64,000 bases of DNA. It comes from a virus. Both the position numbers and the translations under genes were made by a program. Below, in pieces: positions 38,418-48,024 of the stretch. The stretch covers positions 1 through 64,000 of the IMG/VR virus record IMGVR_UViG_3300042291_001557. One strand, given 5' to 3'. Positions within the stretch are counted from its first letter, which is position 1, and each line of letters opens with the position of its first letter. Below the pieces are notes generated by a model. The model searched no databases, had not been told where the DNA came from, and saw only the letters and a program-made list of their open reading frames with translations.

Positions 38418-39473
38418 TTTCAGCTCGTAGAAACCTTTGCCCCACAAAGTCATAAGGCGAGTGAAGTACTTTTCATAGAGAAGCGCATTTGTTTCCAAGC
38501 CGAACCTATCGACCGCATACTCACGAATGGCCTTGCGGTCCAAGCTCGGTGCCGCAACTGCTGCGTCAATGAATTCCTGCAATGTCCTGCAGCGAAAGCC
38601 GTTGACCCCATGAACTACGTTTTCGGGAAAAGCGCCCCAATCGGTTGTGATAACCGGAGTGCCACAGGCCATCGCCTCAGCCACAACTAAACCAAAAGGC
38701 TCGGTGTAAATAGTTGGCACAAATGAGGCAATTGCCCCACCCATGAGCCTTGCTCGCTCTTCGGTTCCAACCACCCCAACATACTCTCCGTAAGCAGGCG
38801 GAGTTCCCTGTCCAGCGACCACCAGACGCTTCCCAAGGGCCTTACAGACGTCTGCGGCTATCTGATAGCCCTTTCGCTCTATAAGGCGTCCTATGAACAA
38901 ATAGTAGTCATCTGGGGTTTCCCTGAATGGGAAGTCATTGATGTCCACATGGCCCGGAATTACGTCGTCATAGAACTGCCCGTCTACGTCATGTGGGTTG
39001 GTGACCGCTGCTCCGTAGCAGACATGCATCCATGCGTAGGACTCAAAAACCTTGTATTTGGCAAAGATGCCACCATAGCCAACCTCAAACTCCACGGTCA
39101 TATTGTTGGGAAAGGCGTCGGCTACTCCCTTGTGTGCCAGCCCGCCAATAACGCAAATAAAGTCTTTTGGTTGGATTCTTTTACCTATCTCGGCAATGAT
39201 GTTCTTATTCATATTCTGCCAATGGGGCAAGGAATAGTCAAAAGAGGCGAGAGTGTAGTGGTTCCCGTTTAAGGACTGAAGACGCTCTTCTTCGGTGATG
39301 CACATAACGTGCTCAGTGCAGGGGGCTTCATTAAACTCCCCGCTGTACAAGAAAACTTCATGACTCAAAGACGTCATCATTATTGCAAACTTACGGACAT
39401 TCTCCGTAAACGCACATGACGTAAATTCTTTTGTCGTATTTGTGTGGGGGAGGCTAATTAGGTGAAATCTCAT
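38403..39473 (-). CDS. Glycosyltransferase, GT-B fold (GT4-like)
   Basis: LFIGRLIERKG, EPFGLVVAEAMACGTPVITTDWGAFPE. Confidence 0.92.
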   Translation of the reverse strand: MRFHLISLPHTNTTKEFTSCAFTENVRKFAIMMTSLSHEVFLYSGEFNEAPCTEHVMCITEEERLQSLNGNHYTLASFDYSLPHWQNMNKNIIAEIGKRIQPKDFICVIGGLAHKGVADAFPNNMTVEFEVGYGGIFAKYKVFESYAWMHVCYGAAVTNPHDVDGQFYDDVIPGHVDINDFPFRETPDDYYLFIGRLIERKGYQIAADVCKALGKRLVVAGQGTPPAYGEYVGVVGTEERARLMGGAIASFVPTIYTEPFGLVVAEAMACGTPVITTDWGAFPENVVHGVNGFRCRTLQEFIDAAVAAPSLDRKAIREYAVDRFGLETNALLYEKYFTRLMTLWGKGFYELKSPLT

Positions 39474-39498
39474 TTATGACCTCGATTAAACATTTCTA

Positions 39499-40185
39499 TC
39501 ACGGCATTAGAACTGATGATTTGAAATGCCCGACTTTAACCGCAGTGTCAACAACCGCATCAAAACCTGCATCTTTGGCTCTTTTAAACATTGCCGTATC
39601 TTCTGAAGTGACTATTCTCTTCATTACCCTTCCGTCGCTCGTTATGGTTTCTTCTTCTGCGTCGGCAAAATATGGGTTGTGGATGTTCTCGAAGACGCCC
39701 TGCTTGAAGCATACAAACCCAAAGCCGGCAGCATCTATGTTTACGTACTTTACGCTGGTGTTAAAATCTTCCATCTTTGCAAACCTGTAATCAAATATTG
39801 AGGCTTCCGAATCGTTGGCTGTTTCTTCCAAAATCTGCTGAGGGCTCTTCTTCACGACAACAGACAGGCTTCCGTCGCCCCTAATTACATAAATTCCACT
39901 AGTAATCGTGTGTGGAGATTCAATAAGCGAACAAAAATCAGACACAGACCATTCGATGTCGCTATCTATCCAGAACATGTGGGTGTAGTCAGGGTGCTCA
40001 GTGAGGGCGCGAAATGCCAACTTGTCACGCAGTTGACCAACATGGGCTCCGCTTTCGTGAAGAAAGCTTAGTTCTATATTGTTTTGCGAACAGTATTTAA
40101 CCGTGTCAAAAAAAGACCTTACATAACATGGGGAAAATTCTCGGGCAGGAGTGACGATAACGACATTCCTATTGCTCTGAATCAT
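39499..40185 (-). CDS. Glycosyltransferase, GT-A fold (GT2-like)
   Basis: IVTPA, HMFWIDSDI (DxD), AGFGFVCF, SEDTAMF, VKVGH. Confidence 0.8.
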   Translation of the reverse strand: MIQSNRNVVIVTPAREFSPCYVRSFFDTVKYCSQNNIELSFLHESGAHVGQLRDKLAFRALTEHPDYTHMFWIDSDIEWSVSDFCSLIESPHTITSGIYVIRGDGSLSVVVKKSPQQILEETANDSEASIFDYRFAKMEDFNTSVKYVNIDAAGFGFVCFKQGVFENIHNPYFADAEEETITSDGRVMKRIVTSEDTAMFKRAKDAGFDAVVDTAVKVGHFKSSVLMP

Positions 40186-40954
40186 CTGTCAAATCTTTGC
40201 TTTGGGCTTCCGTCCATGTGAACTCGGTTTTTGGTTCCTCAAACACTTCGTGGTTAATAGTATTTACTGGCGTGTCGTCAGTATTTTCCTCAAAGTCCAA
40301 ACTCGTCGTGACAAAACAGCTAATTATCCACTTGTCCGAAGAATAAGGGACCAATCCCATGTGTGGGTGAGTCCAACTTGTAGGAAACAAAACAATTTTA
40401 CCGATTTCCGCATCGACAGAACAATCATGAATTCTAAAACTTGTCCCCCCGCCATCGGTAACGGTATTTAGGTAGACGACGACAGCTAAAACTCTTGTGT
40501 GGTTTTTGCCGTTTTCGTCCGGCCTTGGATAGTCCCATGGTAAACCGTCGACATGCTCTCTATAGAAACCGTCATTTTTAAAGTACCTCTGAATTCTTAA
40601 TCCAGTAATGTCCAGATTCGGGACAGACCAGAATTGTGGAAACATTTGGATGTAATCATTTATGCACGACCATATGCGCGCATAGAGGTACTCACTGACT
40701 GCCGCATACTGGTGGTAATACTTGGTGGAATCAACCGTGTATATATTTGGGTCCATCAACCCAGTGTCCATACAGCGTTTAATGCCTGTATTCACGCCAC
40801 CTATAGTCGGCCCCTGAGTAAAAAAGCCAACGTTTAAAAAATCTTCCAAAAGGTTAGACACTAAAGATTCACATCTTTCTGCATCTAGAGCCTCCTTGTA
40901 TTCGGCTATATATGAATATTTTCCAAGAGGAAAAGATGCTTTGGTTAATCCCAT
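40169..40954 (-). CDS. 2OG-Fe(II) oxygenase (prolyl-hydroxylase-like)
   Basis: RIQRY...EHVD...RVLAVVVYLN...GGGTSF...FPTSWTHPHMG...KW; ATG 40954 overlaps the upstream stop. Confidence 0.88.
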   Translation of the reverse strand: MGLTKASFPLGKYSYIAEYKEALDAERCESLVSNLLEDFLNVGFFTQGPTIGGVNTGIKRCMDTGLMDPNIYTVDSTKYYHQYAAVSEYLYARIWSCINDYIQMFPQFWSVPNLDITGLRIQRYFKNDGFYREHVDGLPWDYPRPDENGKNHTRVLAVVVYLNTVTDGGGTSFRIHDCSVDAEIGKIVLFPTSWTHPHMGLVPYSSDKWIISCFVTTSLDFEENTDDTPVNTINHEVFEEPKTEFTWTEAQSKDLTDDSEQ

Positions 40955-41724
40955 TTGCGTTGTTCCTTTCTGTATTTGCCCCTGCGCCAACTAGGGAGAA
41001 GAGGAATTGGTCCACCAAAACCTCTTTCGTAAATAAGCTTAAATACGTTCTCGTCACCAACGTGCATTTTTGAAACATTATCAGAACGTTTAAAAAAAGT
41101 CATTTGGGCAATAGGGGTCCCCTGAGGAATGTAGAACTCTTTGTCCGTCAACACGTTTAAAATTATATTGACCGTATGGTAATAATCCGTGTTTATTACT
41201 CCCGGGATTACGTCAAACTCGGGCCTTGGATTAAGAAGCGAACCAGTCAGAATGCTTGAATATCCTTTTGGCGTCATAAAGCAAAACGGATTCCCAAGCT
41301 TTATGTATTGCCCTTCGCCAACAGATGGGTTTCTTCTTTCCGTAAACGGACAGTCCCCTGTTTGTTTTCTTTCAAAATGCTGTATTGAGCCCATAATTTT
41401 TATGTTTTTTCTGTCGACATTAAACTCAGACTGAATGTCAATACCATTGGGATGAGGCCTTACTCGTAGGTCGGCCCACAATGGGATGGTCACACCGTTA
41501 TGCATCAGGTCTTGTCCGCCAGGGCAATACCTATAACCGTCCTCTAGAGGGGTTTTGGTCGTCCAGTCGTCTTTGGAGAACTTGTTCATGTAGGGCATAA
41601 TATCTTCATCGCCTAACAACCTATTGTCTTCTGCGGTTATTAATATTTCCCCTGGCTTCAACTTGGGTAACTGGTTTACCCTGGATACGCCATCTAGATA
41701 AACAACATTTTTAGAAGATTTCAT
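40945..41724 (-). CDS. DUF6065-like protein (cassette A)
   Basis: RYCPG...GVTIPLWAD...KLGNPF..MTPKGYS...PGVINTDYYH...GTPIAQ..FKR; paralogue of 50916-51710. Family name from recall. Confidence 0.6.
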   Translation of the reverse strand: MKSSKNVVYLDGVSRVNQLPKLKPGEILITAEDNRLLGDEDIMPYMNKFSKDDWTTKTPLEDGYRYCPGGQDLMHNGVTIPLWADLRVRPHPNGIDIQSEFNVDRKNIKIMGSIQHFERKQTGDCPFTERRNPSVGEGQYIKLGNPFCFMTPKGYSSILTGSLLNPRPEFDVIPGVINTDYYHTVNIILNVLTDKEFYIPQGTPIAQMTFFKRSDNVSKMHVGDENVFKLIYERGFGGPIPLLPSWRRGKYRKEQRKWD

Positions 41725-43147
41725 GGTGGTATACGGTTTCAAGGTTCATGTTTGATTGTCTTATTTCGGAGAGACTAGATGAAGCATAGTGCCGATTCTG
41801 ATAATAATCAAGAGACCGAGAACATGATTCCTTTGTTATCAAACCCTGCCCTTGCGCCACATGCCAGAAGTGCGCTATCTGAAAAAGTTCATATCCACTC
41901 TGAGGGACGTCATTGGTGGAAGGGGGCCTTTCTGACCACAACTCTAAGAGCTCGGAAAGCAAAGGGGACCTTGGGGCACTTGCTGCGTCTTTCCAGAAAC
42001 TGGTATCCCTTCTGTCCGATATGTAATGCATGCTCACCATGGCTATGAGGTTCTCGTGAAAACTTTCCATAATCGAATTGTACTTTCGGGAAAGAGACGT
42101 AGAGCCGGGTTTGAAAAATGGAATAAAACTAGATAGCGCCTTAGCCTGCTGAATTGCCGTAGAAATACTCGTAGCCTCAAGTGGCTCCATAAAAGAACTG
42201 CTCAACCCAATGGCAACACAGTTGTTTACCCACTGCTTACTGGTGTACCCAGGATTAAACTTTATAACTCTTGGCTTATCGAGAACATGACCAGTGACTT
42301 GTTCTATCTCTTTTATTGCTTGCTCTTCGTCTAGATGACCAGATGAGAAGACGTAACCATTCCCACGTCTTTCCTGGGTAGGAATCTCCCACATCCAACC
42401 AGACGACATGGCGATAGCCCTGGTGTACTGCCTTATCAGACCGTTCGGGTCAGGTTTTGTCGGGAAAGGTATAGCCGTATCCGTAAGTAAATATCGTGAT
42501 GCATCCACCCATTTGGCTTCGTCAAAATTCTTAATTAGGAACTTTGAAAACCCCGAAGCGTCTATCCAGAAATCAGAATAATATGTTTCTGAATTTGACG
42601 CAACCGACTGTATGTACCCGGTTTCATCAATCAAAGAAGAGACTAAGTCATCTATGAAAATCTTTATATTTTTCCTGGAACAAATTTTTTGAAGATAATG
42701 ATTCAGCTTAAATGTGTCAAAATGATATTGATTTGTGTTTCTATGGATATGTTCTGATTTGACTACTTTTGTTTCAATAAACCCAGGATGAGTTATTGTG
42801 TTGGTGAGCAGCTTGCCTTGCTCATGAATGTATTCATACAGAGGTATGTTTTCATTTTTAATAAAATAACCACTAATACTGTGAAAATAATCAGGAGTGT
42901 GATTGGTCCATTTCTCAAACCGAATACCAAGTTTGTGCGTAGCGGCAGTTTCCCTGACCATCTCATCAATGTCTATTCCTGCTATTTCAACAAAGCTATG
43001 CCAATGCTCCGTACTACCTTCGCCAACTCCAATTATGCCAATAGTTTTTGACTCAATAATTGAAACGTCAAGCAAGGGAAGCTTGCTTTTTAGAACTATC
43101 GCCGCAACAAGACCAGCAGTCCCTGCCCCTACAACCATAACCTTCAT
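41711..43147 (-). CDS. Flavin-dependent halogenase, tryptophan-halogenase family (cassette A)
   Basis: GAGTAG FAD motif, IGVGEGS, ATHKLGIRF (catalytic Lys), YHFD, GWMWEIP, FMEPLEATSI (catalytic Glu). Confidence 0.92.
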   Translation of the reverse strand: MKVMVVGAGTAGLVAAIVLKSKLPLLDVSIIESKTIGIIGVGEGSTEHWHSFVEIAGIDIDEMVRETAATHKLGIRFEKWTNHTPDYFHSISGYFIKNENIPLYEYIHEQGKLLTNTITHPGFIETKVVKSEHIHRNTNQYHFDTFKLNHYLQKICSRKNIKIFIDDLVSSLIDETGYIQSVASNSETYYSDFWIDASGFSKFLIKNFDEAKWVDASRYLLTDTAIPFPTKPDPNGLIRQYTRAIAMSSGWMWEIPTQERRGNGYVFSSGHLDEEQAIKEIEQVTGHVLDKPRVIKFNPGYTSKQWVNNCVAIGLSSSFMEPLEATSISTAIQQAKALSSFIPFFKPGSTSLSRKYNSIMESFHENLIAMVSMHYISDRRDTSFWKDAASAPRSPLLSELLELWSERPPSTNDVPQSGYELFQIAHFWHVAQGQGLITKESCSRSLDYYQNRHYASSSLSEIRQSNMNLETVYHHEIF

Positions 43148-43150
43148 GAG

Positions 43151-43777
43151 CTACCTAAGCCATGTTACGAAGGCATACTTGATGCCAAAATTGTTTTCCT
43201 CTACGGGGTGAGCTGTATGTCTATACAAATAGTTTGACGGAAACAAAACCATAGAACCAGCAGAGGGAGAAACCTTTATGCCGAAATAATCAAACTCCAA
43301 TTCGCCTCCGTTGAAGTCGTCATTAAACCACCCGACACAGCTAAGAATGCGACCATTTTCCGAGCCGTAATCACAATGAGAACTGTATTCTCCACCGCTT
43401 GGGTATTTTAATACTCTGTATCCTTCGTCGGTAGACAGCTCAAGGCTGTACTTATCACGATAATGATAAACCGCTGCGTCTATGTTCTTGAATATTTTTT
43501 TCCAGAGTACTGCTGCCGGTTTCATTCTTGGAATATTTTCTATTTTGTTAGCTTGCAGGGGGTTCAACTCCATTTGTACAGACATTCTGTACGATGAAAT
43601 TTTACCGTTGTCAGTTTCTGAATTTTCCCACATCAAGTATGGCCAGTCTTCTTTTGACTCAGATTCAATAAGTTCTATGATGTTTTCAGGTGAAAATATG
43701 TTTTTGTACATAATTACGCCAGGGGCCAACTCTACTATTTCTGAGCTTTCTATAATTTCGTTAACAGACATCATCAT
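43151..43777 (-). CDS. 2OG-Fe(II) oxygenase (cassette A)
   Basis: LKY...HCD...GGELEF...FPSNYLYRHTAHPV...KY..VTW. Confidence 0.9.
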   Translation of the reverse strand: MMMSVNEIIESSEIVELAPGVIMYKNIFSPENIIELIESESKEDWPYLMWENSETDNGKISSYRMSVQMELNPLQANKIENIPRMKPAAVLWKKIFKNIDAAVYHYRDKYSLELSTDEGYRVLKYPSGGEYSSHCDYGSENGRILSCVGWFNDDFNGGELEFDYFGIKVSPSAGSMVLFPSNYLYRHTAHPVEENNFGIKYAFVTWLR

Positions 43778-44204
43778 TTACCGTAAAATCAAAAGTGTGA
43801 ATAATCTTATCTTTATACCAAACGCAAATAGCACAATCTCCCGGCGCACCAAAATTAAGCCCAAAATGAATAGAATGCCTATTTATTTTTTTTACATCTA
43901 GAAATCTGTGCCCATTTGGCTCTCCCACAATGTAGAGAAAAAGACTAATTTTTACATCATCATCAAATACGAGAAATTCGTTTTTGTAATCAATCCGAAT
44001 TAATTGATTTACCTTGACAGGAGAATGAGAAAACTTTATTGAATGCTCTGTTGGGATAGAAATCGGACGAGGGGTGTCTCTGTCAAAAATCAAATCTTTG
44101 GTTCTCTCGTTGTCGCCGATAAGTATGGGGGCGACGTGGAGTCTAGATAATTCCTCTGCTGTGGGAAGCATTTCTTCTGTTGGACAAAAAATTACTGTAT
44201 CCAT
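43761..44204 (-). CDS. Hypothetical protein (cassette A; paralogue of 53802-54218)
   Basis: ATG 44204 with TATTGT 8 nt upstream; AEELSR...ILIGDN resembles AIELAK...IQVGEDN. Confidence 0.65.
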   Translation of the reverse strand: MDTVIFCPTEEMLPTAEELSRLHVAPILIGDNERTKDLIFDRDTPRPISIPTEHSIKFSHSPVKVNQLIRIDYKNEFLVFDDDVKISLFLYIVGEPNGHRFLDVKKINRHSIHFGLNFGAPGDCAICVWYKDKIIHTFDFTVNDDVC

Positions 44205-44230
44205 AAATAGACACAATAGCAGTTAATTCT

Positions 44231-44479
44231 TTATTCCGCCTGAAGTCGAGCAAGGCTGGCCCGTGTAGTCTTTATTCCTACAACCAACATTCGGAAATGA
44301 GTTGAATACATATAAGACTCGCCGTCTTCAGGAACTTCAAAAGTATCCATGTCTACGGTGAGAGGGTCTATCCCTGACTGTATGCAAGTTGTGAAAAAAT
44401 TAGAGTACGCGGTCTCTAGCGCTTTGGTAAGGAGATTTACTGTTTCTTCTGTCGTTATTTCGTCTCTTAGTTCTGGCAT
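44231..44479 (-). CDS. Small acidic helical protein (cassette A; paralogue of 54215-54442)
   Basis: GIDPLTVD resembles NVDPETFD; GAGG RBS; directly after the Gly-rich gene. Confidence 0.7.
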   Translation of the reverse strand: MPELRDEITTEETVNLLTKALETAYSNFFTTCIQSGIDPLTVDMDTFEVPEDGESYMYSTHFRMLVVGIKTTRASLARLQAE

Positions 44480-44488
44480 TTTTCCTCT

Positions 44489-46618
44489 TTAAGCGTTAAT
44501 TATTATTTTTGTACTAGAAGACAAGGATTGAGTAAGCCCCCATGAATCAGTAACAACAATTATACCGCCTTCTAGGCCGGTAGAACCAGCGTTACCCATG
44601 GTCCCCGCTAGACCATTGGTGCCAGCATTGGGTGCTCCATTGGTTCCGGGGTTCCCAGGGTTGCCTGCACCACCAACCGTTCCTGCGTTACCGGCAGCTC
44701 CAGGATTTCCTGCTGCGCCTCCGTGTCCAGTTCCGTTATTCCCATGATTACCTGCTACGCCGGCGTTGCCGGCAGTTCCATGGTTCCCTGCTGTTCCTGC
44801 TGCGCCGTTATGCCCATGACCATTTGTACCAGAATTACCGGCTGCGCCACCATAACTGGTCGCAACAGCATTCTGCCCGTAGTGGGTGTTATGGTTATGC
44901 CCTGCACCGTGTCCGTTGAATTCATTATGTCCTAAACCTATGAAAAAGTGGTTGACGTTTGCTGGGTTTGCGCCACGAGGCCATGTTCTGTTTGCGGGTG
45001 CACCAGTATAGTGAAAAGCATGTTCGGTCGAGTTTCTCCATGAATGTCTAGGAAAATGTGCACTGTTTGATTCGTTAGCAGGGCGACCACCGGAACCACC
45101 AAATGTTCTCATATGACTATAACCTGAGACATGGAACGCATGGGCGTTGGAAGCAGCATTGGGGTTTCCTGCCTGCGAGACATACTGGTAATAAGTGTCA
45201 TTTACTCCCGCATTGCCAGCTGCACCTGCAGTGGCCCCAGTTCCGTTAGCGGCCCCCGTTCCTGCTGTTCCATTTGTTCCTGCGTTGGCTACTCCAGGGT
45301 TTGCTCCGCCTGCGGTGGCACCGCTTCCGCCGTGGCCTCCAGTTCCTACGTTTCCGGGGTTTCCTGCATTGCCTGGGACGAGAGTTCCCACAACTCCGGC
45401 CCCACCGGACGTAGCACCAGTCCCTGCAATCCCAGGATTACCTGACGCACCTGCAGTTCCATGAGAACCAACCCCGCCAGGTTGTCCAACATTAACAACA
45501 GAGCCAGAGCCAGAAATATATTTAGCCACAATCAAAACAACGGGTCCTCCTCTTCCTCCCGTGCCACTTACTCCAGGGTTTCCTGCGTTGCCTGCGGCTC
45601 CAACAGTTCCAGCGTTGCCCGCTAAACCTGCCGCACCAAAATGTCCTGCGTTGGGCGCACCACTGTTTCCTGGGTTACCTGCATTGCCTGCGTTTCCTGC
45701 CGTACCGGCATTTCCTGCTGCACCCGCGTGTCCAGTTCCGCCATGTCCTGTTCCGTTGGTTCCTGGATTGCCATGGTTTCCTGCAGTGCCTGCGTTCCCT
45801 GCTGCACCATTGTTGCCGTGGTTTCCGGCGTGCCCATAACCATAAAGACCATAAGAATTGTGTGTGTTGCCGTGGTTCGAACCAGACGGAATGTGTATTC
45901 CACCAGCAGTAGCTCCCGTTCCTGCCGCTCCTGGGTTGGCCCCACCAGCACCTCCTGCGGTAGCTCCACTTCCTCCGTGCCCACCAGTACCGTTACTGCC
46001 ACCTGTTCCTGGGTTTCCTGCATTTGCTACTCCAGCTCCTCCAGCACCACCAAGGTTTGCTCCAGTTCCAGCAATTCCAGGATTGCCTCCCGTGCCAGGA
46101 TTTCCTGCAACCCCTGGAACTAGGGTTCCTGGATTTCCTAGCGTGCCACTGGTTGCACCACTTCCATCTGCACCCTTGTCGCCACCAGAAAGCACACGAA
46201 TCGAACCAGCATTATCTACAAAATAACCACGAATTGATTTTTCCAAATCATTCAGTGTTGCCAGGTCGATTGGATTAGCTGAAGTCTGACTCAAGCTGTA
46301 AGTAACAATAGAAGCAGCCCCACCAGCCACTGTTCCTGACGGGATTAAGGACGTATGCGAAAGAGTGGCTCCGATGGTTCCGTTGTTGGTTAAGGTCCCT
46401 TTAACAAAGACTCGAAAGCCGTTTGTGATTACAGTGCAACCGCTGTTGACCGTTAGGTTTTCGTAGTACATGTCTCTGGACAAAACAGTTGGAGTTCCAG
46501 TGTTTGAAACAATTACAGTTCCGTCTGTCCCTTGTCCATACACAGAGTCGTTTCCAAGTCTCTGTGTGTACTCTTTAGATTCCGTACCAGGTCTAAACCT
46601 GACAACTCCAATTCCCAT
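44489..46618 (-). CDS. Glycine-rich (G-X-X) putative adhesin/fibre tip, 709 aa, with two His/aromatic loops (cassette A)
   Basis: Scaffold motifs RLGND..YGQGTDG, DMYY.NLTVNSG, TNG.RVFVK, VVLIVAK, IIVVTDS; long GNP/GNA/GTA/GNH runs. Confidence 0.75.
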   Translation of the reverse strand: MGIGVVRFRPGTESKEYTQRLGNDSVYGQGTDGTVIVSNTGTPTVLSRDMYYENLTVNSGCTVITNGFRVFVKGTLTNNGTIGATLSHTSLIPSGTVAGGAASIVTYSLSQTSANPIDLATLNDLEKSIRGYFVDNAGSIRVLSGGDKGADGSGATSGTLGNPGTLVPGVAGNPGTGGNPGIAGTGANLGGAGGAGVANAGNPGTGGSNGTGGHGGSGATAGGAGGANPGAAGTGATAGGIHIPSGSNHGNTHNSYGLYGYGHAGNHGNNGAAGNAGTAGNHGNPGTNGTGHGGTGHAGAAGNAGTAGNAGNAGNPGNSGAPNAGHFGAAGLAGNAGTVGAAGNAGNPGVSGTGGRGGPVVLIVAKYISGSGSVVNVGQPGGVGSHGTAGASGNPGIAGTGATSGGAGVVGTLVPGNAGNPGNVGTGGHGGSGATAGGANPGVANAGTNGTAGTGAANGTGATAGAAGNAGVNDTYYQYVSQAGNPNAASNAHAFHVSGYSHMRTFGGSGGRPANESNSAHFPRHSWRNSTEHAFHYTGAPANRTWPRGANPANVNHFFIGLGHNEFNGHGAGHNHNTHYGQNAVATSYGGAAGNSGTNGHGHNGAAGTAGNHGTAGNAGVAGNHGNNGTGHGGAAGNPGAAGNAGTVGGAGNPGNPGTNGAPNAGTNGLAGTMGNAGSTGLEGGIIVVTDSWGLTQSLSSSTKIIINA

Positions 46619-46620
46619 TG

Positions 46621-47355
46621 TTATACCAACTGCATGTAGTTATAAGTACCAGTATTCGCTCCGGTTACATCTGTAGAGACATTGCTCGGCAAGGAAGAAC
46701 CGCTAGAAATAACAAGAATTACTCCGCCGCCGCCAGGAGAGGTTGCTGGTGCCGCAATTTTAGCATTCACGGATACTGCTGTAGAAACAATGTAGCGAGC
46801 AGCGATTATTACTACTCCTCCGCCTGCCTGCCCTGTTCCGCCTGCTCCACCGCGAAGAAAAGTTGGTCCACCAGACGCTGTAATCGAATATCCGCGAATT
46901 GCTTGAATTGGCTGTTTGTAGTACTCAACCCCACCCATGGCGGCAGTTGGTGGCGTAGCGGTGTAAGTAGCCAAAGCGTTCCCGCCGAGACTATGGGTTA
47001 CTGAAGTAGCAGCGGCTCCGCCTTGCTCTATGGAGCCTGCAGTCGAAAACCCAGTCGTGTAACCGATTACTGAAGCCTCGCCAAGACTTAGCTGTCCCTT
47101 TACCAATATCCTGTAACCAGCCGGGTCTAGACGAATAGACGTATCGATAGATAATGAATCAAGAAACAAGTCTCTGGTCATTGTAAAAACAGAAGAAGAA
47201 TAAGTTAACCCAAGAGAAGCAGAGTACGTTCCTCCACTCCCAGACGTTGTTGACAGAACTGCAGCACCATCGGCCCCTGTTCCGTAAATGGAATCAGGAG
47301 CGTCAATGAAAGCCGAGAAGGCCGTCAACACTGGATATCTTGATACTCCGGCCAT
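46621..47355 (-). CDS. Short glycine-rich scaffold protein (cassette A)
   Basis: MAGVSRYP...YGTGADG...NYMQLV; close paralogue of 56063-56770. Confidence 0.75.
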   Translation of the reverse strand: MAGVSRYPVLTAFSAFIDAPDSIYGTGADGAAVLSTTSGSGGTYSASLGLTYSSSVFTMTRDLFLDSLSIDTSIRLDPAGYRILVKGQLSLGEASVIGYTTGFSTAGSIEQGGAAATSVTHSLGGNALATYTATPPTAAMGGVEYYKQPIQAIRGYSITASGGPTFLRGGAGGTGQAGGGVVIIAARYIVSTAVSVNAKIAAPATSPGGGGVILVISSGSSLPSNVSTDVTGANTGTYNYMQLV

Positions 47356-47357
47356 GA

Positions 47358-47693
47358 CTAAAGGGTGTAGCCGTTTACCGTTACCGTAATAGCGGCATTC
47401 TCACTGACAAAATAAATAATGTCGTCTAGGGCTAGAGAAGTGTTCGTGTTGTAAGTAATCGTCTCTTTAGGGGAAACGCTCATTTGTGACAAGATTCTTT
47501 GCGCAGCAACATCGCTGGATACGGTATTAGCGGCGACACCTACTGTTATCCAGTATGCGGTACTTGCGCTTGTGTTGCAGATGATTATCTGCTTTACTAC
47601 TCCGGCAGCCGTGGCTGTATAGGCACCTGTAGCCCCAGAACTAAAAGTTGTAACGGTGGCCTTGGGACCGAACCGATAAGGAACTACTGACAT
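47358..47693 (-). CDS. Small beta-sandwich connector (cassette A)
   Basis: YTA...VVKQIIICNT...ETI...ITVTVNG; paralogue of 56770-57144 and 60148-60453. Confidence 0.75.
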   Translation of the reverse strand: MSVVPYRFGPKATVTTFSSGATGAYTATAAGVVKQIIICNTSASTAYWITVGVAANTVSSDVAAQRILSQMSVSPKETITYNTNTSLALDDIIYFVSENAAITVTVNGYTL

Positions 47694-47933
47694 TTAGATG
47701 ACCTCCATGAGAAATATTACTTCAGTATCGTCTGCACGCACGTTAGTCGGGCCACTTGCTCCGGGGACTCCAGACGAACCTACAGGACCAGTTGGGCCTG
47801 AAGGACCTTCAGGGCCCTGGGTCCCACCAATCCCAACATTGAGTGCCCACTTGCCGTCCGTGTACGACCAGGTTTTGCCGTCAACTGTAAAGTTGTCACC
47901 GGGAGCAGGGGAGTTGGGAAAATCGATAGCCAT
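47694..47933 (-). CDS. Short collagen-like adapter (79 aa), MAIDFPNSP...FLMEVI (cassette A)
   Basis: ATG 47933 lies 7 nt after TATAAT; the N-terminus is near-identical to that of 48301-49317. Confidence 0.75.
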   Translation of the reverse strand: MAIDFPNSPAPGDNFTVDGKTWSYTDGKWALNVGIGGTQGPEGPSGPTGPVGSSGVPGASGPTNVRADDTEVIFLMEVI

Positions 47934-47960
47934 GCCTGCAATTATACCCTGAACTGATTG
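47934..47960 (-). promoter_or_regulatory. Leaderless-type promoter, copy 1
   Basis: Minus strand CAATCAGTTCAGGG-TATAAT-TGCAGGC-ATG. Confidence 0.7.
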
Positions 47961-48024
47961 AGGGGAACCATAAGAAACAAGGTGGCAATATAATGCCAAT
48001 TGAAGAAATCAAAAACTATGGTCG

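Noticed and set aside
44489-46618. PE_PGRS or antifreeze protein
   Set aside because: The Gly-X-X composition is similar, but there is no PE domain and the context is phage fibre genes; ice binding cannot be supported from sequence alone.
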